In this document: positions 28,384 to 39,055 of the stretch, piece after piece
How positions within the stretch are numbered: position 1 is the first letter of the stretch
Layout: every line of letters begins with the position of its first letter
Source: Thermoproteota archaeon
GTDB taxonomy: Archaea; Thermoproteota; Thermoprotei; Gearchaeales; Gearchaeaceae
NCBI GenBank assembly: GCA_041640715.1
Contig: JBEPZU010000001.1
Coordinates: 132,816 to 196,815 of the forward strand
Reading direction: 5' to 3'
DNA length: 64,000 nt
Made by a program: the position numbers and the translations under genes
The notes under the pieces: generated by a model
Told to the model about the DNA's origin: nothing
Database searches by the model: none
Seen by the model: the letters and a program-made list of their open reading frames with translations, nothing else

Positions 28384-29369
28384 TGATTGTATTGGGGATT
28401 GAAAGCACAGCGCATACAATAGGTGTTTCTTTGGTTAGCGATGAAGGAATTTTATCTAACGTAAATTCAGTTTATATACCTCCTAAGGGTAAAGGTATAC
28501 ATCCTCGAGAGGCAGCTATACATCATTCTCAAGAAGCTCCAAGGGTAGTTAAGGAAGCTTTTTCTAAAGCTAATTTGAGCATAAAGGATGTCGATGCAAT
28601 AGCTGTAGCGCTAGGACCAGGCTTAGGACCTTGTCTAAGGGTAGGAGCTACCATAGCTAGATATTTAGCCCTGCGTTTCTCGAAACCTCTCGTGCCTGTG
28701 AATCATGCAATTGCTCATATAGAGATAGCAAGGTATTTGTGCAATCAAGAAGACCCTTTGATAGTTTACATAGCAGGTGGGAATACGATAATTTCAACTT
28801 TCGTAGAAGGCAGATATAGAATATTCGGTGAAACCCAAGATATAGCTATAGGGAATGCCATAGATTTTTTGGGAAGAACAATAGGAGTAGACTATCCTGA
28901 GCTTATAAACGTAGAAAAACTAGCTCTTAAAGGAGAGAAAATCATAGAGATGCCCATACCAGTTAAGGGTCAAGATGTTTCTTATTCAGGGTTGTTGTCT
29001 TTTGTTCTTAAATTACTAAAGGAGGGGCATAGAATTGAAGATGTTTGCTTGAGTTTCATTGAACATGCTTATGCTGCACTTTGCGAATCTGTAGAAAGAG
29101 CGTTAGCCTATACAGGTAAGAAATCTCTAGTCCTTACAGGAGGAACTGCGCGATCTATTATACTTAAGGAAAAGCTTAAATTAGCAGCGCTTGAGCATGG
29201 TGCAGATTTCGCTGTAGTGCCAGCAGAGTATGCAGGAGATCATGGTGCTATGATAGCCTATACTGGCCTATTAGCCTATAAATCCAATGTCAAAATTCCT
29301 GTCGAAGAAAGCTATGTAAAACCTATGTGGAGAATAGATGAAGTAGATATACCTTGGCGTTCAAGCTAG
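28383..29369 (+). CDS. kae1: KEOPS t6A threonylcarbamoyltransferase Kae1
   Basis: LGIESTAHT, GIHPREAA.HH, GPGLGPCL, VNHAIAHIE, GETQDIAIGN, GDHGAMIA. Confidence 0.96.
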   Translation: MIVLGIESTAHTIGVSLVSDEGILSNVNSVYIPPKGKGIHPREAAIHHSQEAPRVVKEAFSKANLSIKDVDAIAVALGPGLGPCLRVGATIARYLALRFSKPLVPVNHAIAHIEIARYLCNQEDPLIVYIAGGNTIISTFVEGRYRIFGETQDIAIGNAIDFLGRTIGVDYPELINVEKLALKGEKIIEMPIPVKGQDVSYSGLLSFVLKLLKEGHRIEDVCLSFIEHAYAALCESVERALAYTGKKSLVLTGGTARSIILKEKLKLAALEHGADFAVVPAEYAGDHGAMIAYTGLLAYKSNVKIPVEESYVKPMWRIDEVDIPWRSS

Positions 29370-30016
29370 AGAAATTGTTAATGAAGGGGGCTGAAGCAGA
29401 AATCTGGAAAGGTGTATGGTTTGGTCTCGAAGCAATCTTCAAGATAAGGAAGAGTAAGCCATGGAGACACCCTTTATTAGATAGGAAGATATTAGAGAGC
29501 AGGACTTTAAAGGAGGCTAGAATCATATATTCTGCTTTCTTGCATGGTATAGATGTTCCCTTCATATATGATGTAGACAAAAACAACTTCTCTATCGTAA
29601 TGGAATACGTAAGAGGTAAGACTTTAAAGGATTTACTATCCGAAAAAAATCCTAAAATAGAGTATTTATGTGAAGAGTTGGGATCAATAGTGGCTATGTT
29701 GCATAAAATATCGATAGTTCACGGAGATCTCACACCTGCAAATGTAGTGCTGAGAGAAGAAGGTAGCTTATGCATTTTAGATTTCGGCCTAGCAGATTTC
29801 AGTAATAGAATAGAAGATAGAGGAGTGGATCTTCACTTGATGCTCAGAGCTTTAGAAAGTAGTTTTAGCTCACTACAAAATTTATGTTTTGAGTCTTTCA
29901 AAAGAGGATATAGTAAGGTAGCTGAAAATCCCGAGTTGGTATTTGAAAAGGTCAAGGAAATAAGAAGAAGGGGTAGATATGTATTAGAAAGGAGAAGAAA
30001 ATTCTATGCTTTATAA
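29354..30016 (+). CDS. bud32: KEOPS kinase/ATPase Bud32
   Basis: KGAEA, RHP.LD, VHGDLT, ILDFGL, EDRGVDL, RRRGRY. Confidence 0.94.
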   Translation: MAFKLEKLLMKGAEAEIWKGVWFGLEAIFKIRKSKPWRHPLLDRKILESRTLKEARIIYSAFLHGIDVPFIYDVDKNNFSIVMEYVRGKTLKDLLSEKNPKIEYLCEELGSIVAMLHKISIVHGDLTPANVVLREEGSLCILDFGLADFSNRIEDRGVDLHLMLRALESSFSSLQNLCFESFKRGYSKVAENPELVFEKVKEIRRRGRYVLERRRKFYAL

Positions 30017-30561
30017 TTTAAGTACCATTCAGCGAATTTAAAGGTGGCCTTTCCCCTATGGGAAAAATTGTTTTTTTCTTCAATATCCATTTCTCCAAAC
30101 GTCTTAGTCGAACCAACTGGCATGAAGATAGGATCGAAACCCCATCCTAGACCTCTTTTTTCATTTACTATTGAACCTATTACTTCCCCTTTGAAGATCA
30201 TTTCTTTCTCAGGATCTTTATAAGCTATCACTGAAACGAAAGTTGCTTTCCTTTCTTTTTTGCCTTCCATTAGCTTGAGAATTCCTTCATTTCCTATAGA
30301 CTTGAATACAAAGGAAGAATAAGGTCCAGGAAAGCCATTAAGTATATCTATGAATAGTCCTGCATCTTCGCATATTAAAGGCTTCTTTATTATCCCGTAA
30401 GCCTTCCTCGCGTAATCAAGTGCTATTTCCTCTAAGCTCTCGGACTGGATTTCAGGTAAGTTGATGTCAATTATTTCAACATCTATTTCGAATTTTTCAA
30501 GAATAGCTCTGATCTCTTTCTCTTTGTTTTTATTCCCTGTGATTAGCGTTATGCGTTTCAT
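30004..30561 (-). CDS. rdgB: Non-canonical purine NTP pyrophosphatase (XTP/dITPase)
   Basis: TGNKNKEKE, EDAGL...LNGFPGPYS, GWGFDPIF, KNNFSHRG. Confidence 0.95.
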   Translation of the reverse strand: MKRITLITGNKNKEKEIRAILEKFEIDVEIIDINLPEIQSESLEEIALDYARKAYGIIKKPLICEDAGLFIDILNGFPGPYSSFVFKSIGNEGILKLMEGKKERKATFVSVIAYKDPEKEMIFKGEVIGSIVNEKRGLGWGFDPIFMPVGSTKTFGEMDIEEKNNFSHRGKATFKFAEWYLNYKA

Positions 30562-30605
30562 AGCTTAAAACTATTTATTTATCACCTCTTATTTATTTCA
30601 ACCAT

Positions 30606-31043
30606 ATGCGTAGAAGTAGAGAGAAAGGAAAGTCCCATTCAACTAGACCTTTAACTAGGGATGAAGCTCTTTTAGCTGAGATAGACCCTGAATACATAAA
30701 GAACAGGATAATAGAATTAGCTAAAAAAGGAATACCTCCTTCAAAAATAGGGATAATACTTAGAGATGAGGAAAGTGTTCCTTTGGTTAAACACCTATTC
30801 GGGAAAAAACTTGTGCAAATTCTTAAAGAATATGGTCTAGCTCCTCAAATACCTGAAGACTTACAAAATTTGATAAATAGAGCAAATCGTGTAATTGAGC
30901 ATCTCAAGGAACATCCTAAAGATTACAGAGCTAAGAGAGGATTGGAGGAGATAATTTCCAAAATAAACAGGTTGACAAAGTATTACAAAAGAGAAGGGAT
31001 TTTGCCTCAAGATTGGGTTCCTGGAATAAAACTACAAACATAA
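30606..31043 (+). CDS. rps15: 30S ribosomal protein uS15
   Basis: GKSHSTRP, PSKIGIILRD, IPEDL, HPKD, SKINRLTKYYK. Confidence 0.95.
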   Translation: MRRSREKGKSHSTRPLTRDEALLAEIDPEYIKNRIIELAKKGIPPSKIGIILRDEESVPLVKHLFGKKLVQILKEYGLAPQIPEDLQNLINRANRVIEHLKEHPKDYRAKRGLEEIISKINRLTKYYKREGILPQDWVPGIKLQT

Positions 31044-31136
31044 AATACACATCAAATTTAATTCGCTGCTTTAATTTCATAGCACAGAATTCCCCACGTT
31101 TATAACTACTTAACAATATTAGAAGAAATTAGTTAT

Positions 31137-32489
31137 ATGGAATCTTCTCGAGAATTCAAGGATATGTTAGAGGATAAGATAGTTGATTTCTTAGATTTCA
31201 TAGAGGAAGATTATCTGCCCTTTCTAATAATTGGTCATCGCGACGCGGACGGTTTGATTTCCTCTTCGATAATCGCTAAACTTCTCTATGAGAAAAAAAT
31301 ACCTTTTGTGTTCAGATTATTGAACAGTCTTGATGCAAAAGAGATAAAAGAAACTGCTTTTTCTAAGATAATCATAGCTGATTTTCAAGTTAAGGAAGAA
31401 ATATCAAGGCTTGGAGAGAACAAAAGAATCTTGGTAATAGATCATCATCCTCCAATTGGAGATACCGAGAAATTATTAGTTATAAACCCGTACTTAATGG
31501 GTCTTGACGGAAAATATGATTGTTGTTGTTCTACTTTAGCCTATATCCTAGTAAGCCATGTCGATGATTTCTTCATATACCTAGCTCCTTTAGCGATAGC
31601 AGGTGCTTTGGAAGATAGACAAGATTTGGATGAAAGAAGATATTTCAGGAAAATAAATAAGCTAGTTTTGGAAGAAGCTGAAGAAGCAGCTCTAATAAGC
31701 AAGAGTATGGGTTTAGTATGCTATTCTAGTTTCTCAGAAAACCTAGCAAAAGTCTTTTCCCTAATGCTAGAGCCTTTTAATATGAGAACTTTCAATGATC
31801 ACGAGAAGAGCTTTAAATTCTTACTAGAATGCGGAGTAAGTAAAGAAATTTTAAATAAAAGGTTCTCGGAGCTCGATGAAAAATCGCATTCTGAGATTTT
31901 CAAGAGTTTGGCAAGAAAAATGCTTAAAGAAGGATTTGATCCAATGATCATTGAAAGGATCTATGGTTATAATTATGTAACAAATGCTTATGGGAAATCC
32001 AAGAATTTGCGCCAAATGGCAAAAGCGATAGATTTCCTAGCAAGATCTATGAACATTGATACTTGGTTATTGGCTATATTAGAAGATAAATTATCGAGTT
32101 TCGATTTCTCTAAATATTTCGATGAGTATATTAATTTAATACATAGGATTTTAGTGTCTGCTTTCTCTGAAAAAAAATACAAACAATATAATAAATTCCT
32201 TCATTTCCATGTAGAAGGGAAGTATTATAATTTCATAGGAAGCTTTGCAAACTTGCTAGTTGCTAGTGATTTGAAAGGTGATGTGATCGTTTTTTCCTCA
32301 GAAACTGAAGAAGGTCTTTTGAAGATATCTCTTAGAACTAGGAAAAAAGACATAGATTTAGGAAATATAGCCTTTTCTATTGCTAATAAGCTAGCAGGAA
32401 ATGGAGGAGGGCACAAGGACGCTGCTGGATTAATCATAGCTAGCGATAAACTTAATGATTTCCTTTCAGTCCTAGATTCAGTGTTATGA
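31137..32489 (+). CDS. DHH-family RecJ/Cdc45-like nuclease
   Basis: HRDADG, IDHH, GALEDRQD, DHHA1 GGGHKDAAG; conserved position between uS15 and Pcc1. Confidence 0.88.
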   Translation: MESSREFKDMLEDKIVDFLDFIEEDYLPFLIIGHRDADGLISSSIIAKLLYEKKIPFVFRLLNSLDAKEIKETAFSKIIIADFQVKEEISRLGENKRILVIDHHPPIGDTEKLLVINPYLMGLDGKYDCCCSTLAYILVSHVDDFFIYLAPLAIAGALEDRQDLDERRYFRKINKLVLEEAEEAALISKSMGLVCYSSFSENLAKVFSLMLEPFNMRTFNDHEKSFKFLLECGVSKEILNKRFSELDEKSHSEIFKSLARKMLKEGFDPMIIERIYGYNYVTNAYGKSKNLRQMAKAIDFLARSMNIDTWLLAILEDKLSSFDFSKYFDEYINLIHRILVSAFSEKKYKQYNKFLHFHVEGKYYNFIGSFANLLVASDLKGDVIVFSSETEEGLLKISLRTRKKDIDLGNIAFSIANKLAGNGGGHKDAAGLIIASDKLNDFLSVLDSVL

Positions 32490-32746
32490 TTTTAGAACTC
32501 GTTCTATCTTTGGATTTCCCCTCAGCTGATGATGCTGAAAACGTCTTAAAAGCTCTAAGTCCAGATAATATAAAGATTCCTCCTGATCTTAGCCTAGAGA
32601 TGACTAGGAATGGGAAAAAGTTGAAAATTTTTATTAAAAGCAATAACATAAAAAGAGCAAGATCTTCCTTGGACGAGATTTTAGCCTTAATTTCCTCACT
32701 TGAAAAGTTAAATACTCTAAAGGCGAATAAGGAAGAATATGAGTAA
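32486..32746 (+). CDS. pcc1: KEOPS subunit Pcc1
   Basis: KALSPDN, RARSSLDEIL; position before eS1. Confidence 0.85.
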   Translation: MILELVLSLDFPSADDAENVLKALSPDNIKIPPDLSLEMTRNGKKLKIFIKSNNIKRARSSLDEILALISSLEKLNTLKANKEEYE

Positions 32747-33314
32747 AGTAAGGAAGGCTCCTCCTAAAGTATATAACGTTCATGTAGATGGAGTATTCAA
32801 GAATAAAGTCGTGGCTCAAATACTAGGAAGAGAAGGAAGTGTGTTAAAAAGGACCATCGAAGTAACCCTTGCAGATTTAGTAGAAGATTATACTAATTTA
32901 TATTATCAATACATCAAACTCAAGTTCCAAATAGTAGGAGTTGACGAACAAGAATTATTCGCAAAGTTTAAGGGTCATGAACTTACTAGAGATTATGTTA
33001 GGAGTTTAGTAAGGGTAGGAACTTCAGCGGTATATGCTGTTTATGATTTCAATACTACTGATAATATCCATTTTAGAATCCAAGTATTAGCGATAACAGC
33101 ACAAAGAGTTTCCCATTCAAAGGAGAGCGCAATAAGGAAGAGAATATGGAAGGTATGTGAAGAGAAATTACCTAAAATGAGTTTTGATGAGGCAGCTGAA
33201 TATATTTATCTAGGAAAACTTGCGGCTGACATAAATCAAGAAGCTAAGAAAGTGTATCCTTTGAAGAAAGTCGAAGTGATAAAGAGCAAAGTTTTAACGC
33301 CGTTTCTACCTTAA
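32739..33314 (+). CDS. rps3ae: 30S ribosomal protein eS1 (S3Ae)
   Basis: RTIEVTLADL, KLKFQI, GHELTRDYVRSLVR, KVYPLKKVEVIKSKV. Confidence 0.93.
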   Translation: MSKVRKAPPKVYNVHVDGVFKNKVVAQILGREGSVLKRTIEVTLADLVEDYTNLYYQYIKLKFQIVGVDEQELFAKFKGHELTRDYVRSLVRVGTSAVYAVYDFNTTDNIHFRIQVLAITAQRVSHSKESAIRKRIWKVCEEKLPKMSFDEAAEYIYLGKLAADINQEAKKVYPLKKVEVIKSKVLTPFLP

Positions 33315-33315
33315 A

Positions 33316-34509
33316 TCATCTCGATGCTACAATTTTTATCACGTCTCTATCATTCAATACTTGATCTGCTGATATCCTTTGTTTCCTTTTAACGTCTATT
33401 GCGAACATGAAATTTTCTCCGAGCTCTGAATGTATCATGTATGCTAATTCTCTGGCCGTAGTTTCCTTTGGGACTAGGAATACATCAGGTAAAACTCTAC
33501 CTTCGTGATCTGTTAACTTATTTTGATCTTCTACGGGGAAGACTGCGATGTAGCCAAGTAACTTGAAATAGCATGCTTCTATAGCCTCTTGTACTCCTGT
33601 ACTTCCGAACTTCTTTAGAACACGCTCTTTTATATAATTCAAAGCCTTGAGCTTGTTTTCATCGACATCCTTTATTATCTCGAAATCTGAGGAGCCAGGG
33701 AAATACTTTATAATTCCCATTTCATCGGCCTTTTTAAGTGCAAGTTCTGCCTCTGAAGAGGTTGGGATGACAATTCTTTCTTTAAATTCTTTCTTCAACC
33801 TCTCGTAGTTATTCCATGATTCTGGTATGTCTATTTTGTTTGCTACGATTAGCATAGGCTTAGCCTTATTCCAAAGCGTTATTAGGAAATCCTTGAGATC
33901 CGCATCATTCCATTCTTTCAAGTGTTTTTGAATCGTAGAAAAAACTTCGGCAATATATTTCTTCTTTATCGAAAATCCGCTTAGCTTTTTTTCGAAGAAT
34001 TCCAAGATCTTAGACTTCTCTTCATGCACGATTTTCCTGATTTCTCTTTCAAATTCTTCTTTAAATCTAGAATAAATCCACATGGCTATCTCTTCATCTA
34101 TGAACTTGACATCCTCTATTGGGTCATGTGTTCCTGTTTTCATAATTCTTCCTTCAGAATCCGTATATCCAGATGCATCGACTACATGTATTAGAGCATC
34201 TGCTCTTCTTATTTCGTCTAAGAACTTATTGCCCAAACCCCTTCCCTTCCAAGCTTCAGGAACCAGCCCTGCTAGGTCGATGACCTCTACTGGAACAAGT
34301 CTTATTCCGTTAATACATAACGAATTCCTAGGATTATCTTTAACTCCCAATTCCTTACAAACGCATTTAACTCTAAGATATGCTATACCCTTGTTTGGTT
34401 CTATCGTTGTAAAAGGATAGGGTGCTATCTTAACAACTTGTTTAGTAAGAGCGCTAAAAAAAGTGCTTTTCCCAGCATTAGGTTTGCCTATTATTCCTAT
34501 CAGCGGCAA
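33316..34509 (-). CDS. Obg/YchF-family translation-associated GTPase with TGS domain
   Basis: GKPNAGKST, YPFTTIEPN, DLAGLVP.A..GRGLGNKFL, NKID, LPDVFL, IHSEL. Confidence 0.92.
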   Translation of the reverse strand: MPLIGIIGKPNAGKSTFFSALTKQVVKIAPYPFTTIEPNKGIAYLRVKCVCKELGVKDNPRNSLCINGIRLVPVEVIDLAGLVPEAWKGRGLGNKFLDEIRRADALIHVVDASGYTDSEGRIMKTGTHDPIEDVKFIDEEIAMWIYSRFKEEFEREIRKIVHEEKSKILEFFEKKLSGFSIKKKYIAEVFSTIQKHLKEWNDADLKDFLITLWNKAKPMLIVANKIDIPESWNNYERLKKEFKERIVIPTSSEAELALKKADEMGIIKYFPGSSDFEIIKDVDENKLKALNYIKERVLKKFGSTGVQEAIEACYFKLLGYIAVFPVEDQNKLTDHEGRVLPDVFLVPKETTARELAYMIHSELGENFMFAIDVKRKQRISADQVLNDRDVIKIVASR

Positions 34510-34571
34510 CCCAGTTCAACTATTCATTTTATATCAATAAGATTTAAATAAATGTAATTGAAAGGAAAAAT

Positions 34572-35273
34572 ATGGCAAGCGAGGAGGTAATAAGAATGAT
34601 AAATGTTCACAAAATTTATAGATTAGGCGAGGTGGAAGTTCCTGCTCTTGTTGATGTAAATCTTTCTATAAAAAAAGGTGAATTTGTAGCTATACTAGGT
34701 CCTTCTGGTTCTGGAAAGACCACCATGCTTAATTTATTGGGTGCGCTCGATAAAGCTACTAAAGGTGAGGTTATCATAAATGGGGTCCCTCTTAGTAAGT
34801 TAAATGATAAACAACTTGCTGATCTCAGGCTCAAGACCATAGGATTTGTTTTCCAAAACTTTTATCTAGTGCCTTGGCTTAGAGCCTTAGAAAATGTCAT
34901 GTTACCTATGATTTTTGCAGAAAAACCTCTATCTTACAGGAGACAGAGGGCGCTTGAGTTGTTAAAGATAGTTGGTTTGGAAAGAAGGGCTTATCATAAA
35001 CCTACTGAACTTAGCGGGGGCGAACAACAGAGGGTTGCTATCGCTAGGGCTTTGGCCAATGAACCTTCTATAATTTTAGCAGATGAACCCACTGGTAATT
35101 TAGATACCAAAACAGGCGCTATTATCGTGGATTTGCTTGAGAAGATAAATTTGGAAAGGGAAGTAACCATTATAATGGTGACGCATAATCTTGAGGTGGC
35201 TAATAGAGCTAGAAGAATAATAAGATTACGTGATGGTCGCATAGTTAGTGATGAATCAATAAGCGGAAGCTAG
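34572..35273 (+). CDS. ABC transporter ATP-binding protein (LolD/MacB type)
   Basis: GPSGSGKTT, GFVFQ, LSGGEQQRVAIARAL, ILADEPTGNLD, VTHN. Confidence 0.95.
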   Translation: MASEEVIRMINVHKIYRLGEVEVPALVDVNLSIKKGEFVAILGPSGSGKTTMLNLLGALDKATKGEVIINGVPLSKLNDKQLADLRLKTIGFVFQNFYLVPWLRALENVMLPMIFAEKPLSYRRQRALELLKIVGLERRAYHKPTELSGGEQQRVAIARALANEPSIILADEPTGNLDTKTGAIIVDLLEKINLEREVTIIMVTHNLEVANRARRIIRLRDGRIVSDESISGS

Positions 35274-35277
35274 GAAC

Positions 35278-36519
35278 ATGAGGTCTACTGATTATTTTAG
35301 GTATTCGTTCCTTCATCTGAAAAACAAGTCATCTAGGTCATTTCTCACCATATTAGGAGTAGCTCTAAGCGTAATGGCAATGGTTAGTATTGTTTCCATA
35401 GCCCAAGGTTTTGGAATTGCAATAGAAAGAGCTCTTACTGCGCAATTTAGTATTGATACAGTGATAGTGGTGGACCCTCTAGGAATCTATACATTAACTA
35501 CGGATGACATAGAAAGGCTTAAGAGTTCTCTGCCTTCTGCGCAAGTAGCTAGAATTTCGCCTGTAAAAATAGTGGCAGCAGACGTCTATACTTCCTCAGG
35601 TCTTTACGCAAAGACATTACTTGCAGGGGTTAATGCGAGCGAGGTAAGATACATTTGGCCTATTCTCTATGTAGCAAGAGAAGGCACTTTACCTGATCTT
35701 GATTGGGACTTTGAGGGGGCTGTAGTAGGTTCTAGTTTGGCTCATAAGCTTAATTTACACGCGGGTGATACTATACGAATACAGATTGTTCAGGAAGGAA
35801 CTAACTTATTCATAACTAGAGAAGTGAAAATAAGGGCTGTTCTTAAAGAATCTGGAATGAACCTCGTAGGAGTAGATGTTGACAGCGCAGTATTAATGAG
35901 TATAACTAAAGTGATGAAAATGAGTAATCCTCCTGATCTTCCAAACAAACTTTCTATGATCTTAGTCCAATTTAAAGATCCTGCTATAGCTTTGAGAAGT
36001 GAAAGTCTAATACAAAACACCGTATTTGGAGGTAATGTAAGAGCTGTAGCCATGCAGGCCTATGCGAGGGCAGTAGAGAATGTTGTGACTTTGTTTAACG
36101 CAATGCTAATCTCGCTGGTAATAATCGCCGTAGTTATAGCAGGTGTAGGTGTTATGAATACCATGTTTACTACAGTAAGGGAGAGGATTAAAGAAATCGG
36201 TGTTAATAGAGCAGTAGGAGCCAAAGCTTTAGAAATCCTCAATCTTTTCTTCGTAGAAGCTTTGATAATAGCTATTCTAGGCATGATTCTTGGAACTTTT
36301 CTAGGCATAGTAGCAGTTTATGTAATAGATCAATCAAATCTTTTGCAGTCTGCAATACAACTTGGAGGAGTGATAACTCTTAAAGCTTCTCCGTTTTTAG
36401 ATCCCTTCTTAATAACGATTTGGAATATAATTATCCTAATAGCAACATTAAGTTTCAGCTATCTACCTGCTAGAAGGGCCTCGAAGGTTCAACCTGTTGT
36501 AGCTTTAAGATATGAATAA
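35278..36519 (+). CDS. ABC transporter permease (MacB/FtsX/LolE type)
   Basis: RSFLTILGV, large extracellular loop, VMNTMFTTVRERIKEIGV.RAVGA, PARRASKVQPVVALRYE. Confidence 0.93.
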   Translation: MRSTDYFRYSFLHLKNKSSRSFLTILGVALSVMAMVSIVSIAQGFGIAIERALTAQFSIDTVIVVDPLGIYTLTTDDIERLKSSLPSAQVARISPVKIVAADVYTSSGLYAKTLLAGVNASEVRYIWPILYVAREGTLPDLDWDFEGAVVGSSLAHKLNLHAGDTIRIQIVQEGTNLFITREVKIRAVLKESGMNLVGVDVDSAVLMSITKVMKMSNPPDLPNKLSMILVQFKDPAIALRSESLIQNTVFGGNVRAVAMQAYARAVENVVTLFNAMLISLVIIAVVIAGVGVMNTMFTTVRERIKEIGVNRAVGAKALEILNLFFVEALIIAILGMILGTFLGIVAVYVIDQSNLLQSAIQLGGVITLKASPFLDPFLITIWNIIILIATLSFSYLPARRASKVQPVVALRYE

Positions 36520-38998
36520 AATTTCTTTATTTTTATTTATTTTACTTATAGTCCCTTTATTCGTTCATAATGTTGAAGCCCTTGATGTGGAAAGACCTTT
36601 AATTTATCGAGGCCCTTATGAAGGTGCTAAAGATTCTTTTTATAGCGATGATATAAACATAGATTACGCGCTGTTTTCCCAAGGAGAAGTCAGTGTTATA
36701 AAGGGACCTGGCTACGTTAATTTTGATGGTTCTTCGATAATAATGAATTGGAGAGGCTTCCTAGCAAGTATTTCCCCGTCCCCCATTGTAATTCTTTCAG
36801 TTAATTTCAAGCCTAAACTTGTTGCAGGCGATAGATTTATCAAAGTTAACTTGACTTTAGAATTGGATTACCTACTTCCTTTTCAGTCTTATTTCAAAAT
36901 CAATTATCCAGATGGAAGTAACACAGAAATTAGAGGAGAAGGTAAGCAAAAAATAGTTAAAGACATTACAAATATAGCTCCTGACGGAAGTGCCACTATT
37001 ACGTTAGAGCTTTATGTTCTAGGCATTTTAGGACAATTTTTCAATTCCTATGTGAAAGTTAAAATATATGAAACTCTTCAAAGAACTTTTAAGCTAGCAA
37101 CCAAGCACGAGATGTATTTTAGCGAAGATTATAAGACTGTTTATCATTATGCTTCAATACCTATCCAGTATTCAACTGGTCTTTACGATGAGACTTATGT
37201 TAGAATTTTATACCCTAAAGTTTTTGAACTGATAAATGCTTCTAGAGCCAATTTCCCATATTCTTTTGACGGCTGGTCTAAGAAAATCGAAGGTAATGCT
37301 ACTGTATTAATGAAGAAAGCCCCTTTTGGGGAGGGAAATATTGAAACTGTTATTTCCATGACTTTCAAACATCAGCAATCAATTTATCTAATACAAACAT
37401 TAACTTCTCTACTATCTCCTAGCGAAAGCTGGACATACAATGAGACGATGAGGTTAGTAGCGATTAATTTAGATATTAAGATTAAAGAGCTGAGGCGTGA
37501 CCAATTTAATTTTGGATATTACATAATAAATCCTGATGGAGACATAATAGGTTATTATGATTTCCCTTCGGAAAGTTTTAGAGTGGAGGAGACTCGAGAA
37601 TCTCCTCTGGGGAGGGTATTGGTAGCCAATGCAAATATAACGTTGGATTTCACCTATAACAGGCCTGGAATGTATAGAATTCAAACAATATCAATAACAC
37701 CATATAGTTTAGGAATTAATGAAACCAGATTTCTAGTTTATGATATAGACATTTCAAAACAAAGATTAACTTCAATAAGTACCGTTGAAATTGCCGGTAG
37801 TTTCAACATCACAGCTTCTTTAAATATATCTGAATATGGAATTTTCTACCAAGGAGCCTTTTTAATCGCAGCTGATGAATCCTCACCCTCTAAACCTTAT
37901 TCTAAGACCTTCAAGGTAACTAGCGGTATAGGTGTTTCCTCTCTAGTTATAAAAAACAAAATAGAATATCCTGGAACACTAGATAAGCCAAGCGAACCTA
38001 ATTTGGCATTTTTCACCCTGATCAATAACTCAACCGAGACTAAGATTTTAGATGAAATAATTATAGGCATCGAGGTGTTCGATCAGTTATCAATTGCTAC
38101 TTTTTCTCTCTTAGGAAAGGAGCCTAATTATTTAAAACCTGGAGAGATAAGGAGTTACGCGCTTTTATTTTCGATAGCTTTGCTTAATCAATACTTGGCT
38201 AATTACTTGGCTAAAAATTACAACATAACGGCTAAAATAATAAGTCAACAAACTGGTAAGAGTTATGGTCTTAATTTCACTTATGGAAAAGATCCTTCTA
38301 AAGTAAACCCAGCTGTAATACAATTAGAAAGGACTAAGGTTTGGAAATTGATCGTCTCGGTCGATAACAAAGTCTACAGCTCAGACTTTTTATTATATGA
38401 TCCCGGAAAATATTTCAAGGGAGATCTGCTCTTTGTAGCACCAGCCTTATTAGAAGGGTCGATTGTAACTTTCAATTCATCTCTTAATTTAAGAAGTGCT
38501 ATTCAAAAATATGCAATTTATGGAATAACCTATACGAGTGATTACTTGGTGAAAATCAAAGAAATACTAAGAGACAGTATTAAGGTTGAGCTCTCTTTGG
38601 AAGGTAATTATACGATAAAAGGTAAGGCTGGAGAACCTTTTACGATAAGTGTTCTCGCTAAGAATCTTTCTAATGTAACTTCCGTGACTTTCAATATAAA
38701 AGTATATAGCGGCTTTAATACTTTTTACGAGAATACTTACCTATTACAGCCCAACGAGAACAAAGTCATAAATATCTCTTTAACCATGCCTGAGGGACTT
38801 ACTGGTGATTATCTCATTGTCGAATCTTCTACTTTAGGAGTTATAGTTGCGATATTAAAGTTAGAGTATTCTCAGGACATCTTGGAGAACATTACTAAGC
38901 CTATAGGACCTGTAGTTAGTAACCAAACTATTATCTTAATTATAATAATTATATTAACAGTATTAATTCTCTTAAGATTATTTTTAAAAAAGCTTTAG
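36512..38998 (+). CDS. Secreted, C-terminally membrane-anchored beta-rich surface protein (S-layer-associated candidate)
   Basis: N-terminal signal peptide, many N-x-S/T sequons, Ig/CARDB-like end segment, C-terminal TM helix with basic tail; coupled to the permease. Confidence 0.65.
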   Translation: MNKISLFLFILLIVPLFVHNVEALDVERPLIYRGPYEGAKDSFYSDDINIDYALFSQGEVSVIKGPGYVNFDGSSIIMNWRGFLASISPSPIVILSVNFKPKLVAGDRFIKVNLTLELDYLLPFQSYFKINYPDGSNTEIRGEGKQKIVKDITNIAPDGSATITLELYVLGILGQFFNSYVKVKIYETLQRTFKLATKHEMYFSEDYKTVYHYASIPIQYSTGLYDETYVRILYPKVFELINASRANFPYSFDGWSKKIEGNATVLMKKAPFGEGNIETVISMTFKHQQSIYLIQTLTSLLSPSESWTYNETMRLVAINLDIKIKELRRDQFNFGYYIINPDGDIIGYYDFPSESFRVEETRESPLGRVLVANANITLDFTYNRPGMYRIQTISITPYSLGINETRFLVYDIDISKQRLTSISTVEIAGSFNITASLNISEYGIFYQGAFLIAADESSPSKPYSKTFKVTSGIGVSSLVIKNKIEYPGTLDKPSEPNLAFFTLINNSTETKILDEIIIGIEVFDQLSIATFSLLGKEPNYLKPGEIRSYALLFSIALLNQYLANYLAKNYNITAKIISQQTGKSYGLNFTYGKDPSKVNPAVIQLERTKVWKLIVSVDNKVYSSDFLLYDPGKYFKGDLLFVAPALLEGSIVTFNSSLNLRSAIQKYAIYGITYTSDYLVKIKEILRDSIKVELSLEGNYTIKGKAGEPFTISVLAKNLSNVTSVTFNIKVYSGFNTFYENTYLLQPNENKVINISLTMPEGLTGDYLIVESSTLGVIVAILKLEYSQDILENITKPIGPVVSNQTIILIIIIILTVLILLRLFLKKL

Positions 38999-39055
38999 TT
39001 ACTAGAGTGTAATTACAACAAGAAATTTATAGAGAATTTTAGTAATTCCCATGAA

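Noticed and set aside
38189-38213. Short tandem duplication encoding YLANYLAK in the 828-aa surface protein
   Set aside because: Two-copy 12-nt-period repeat, in frame; too short to indicate phase variation or a repeat element
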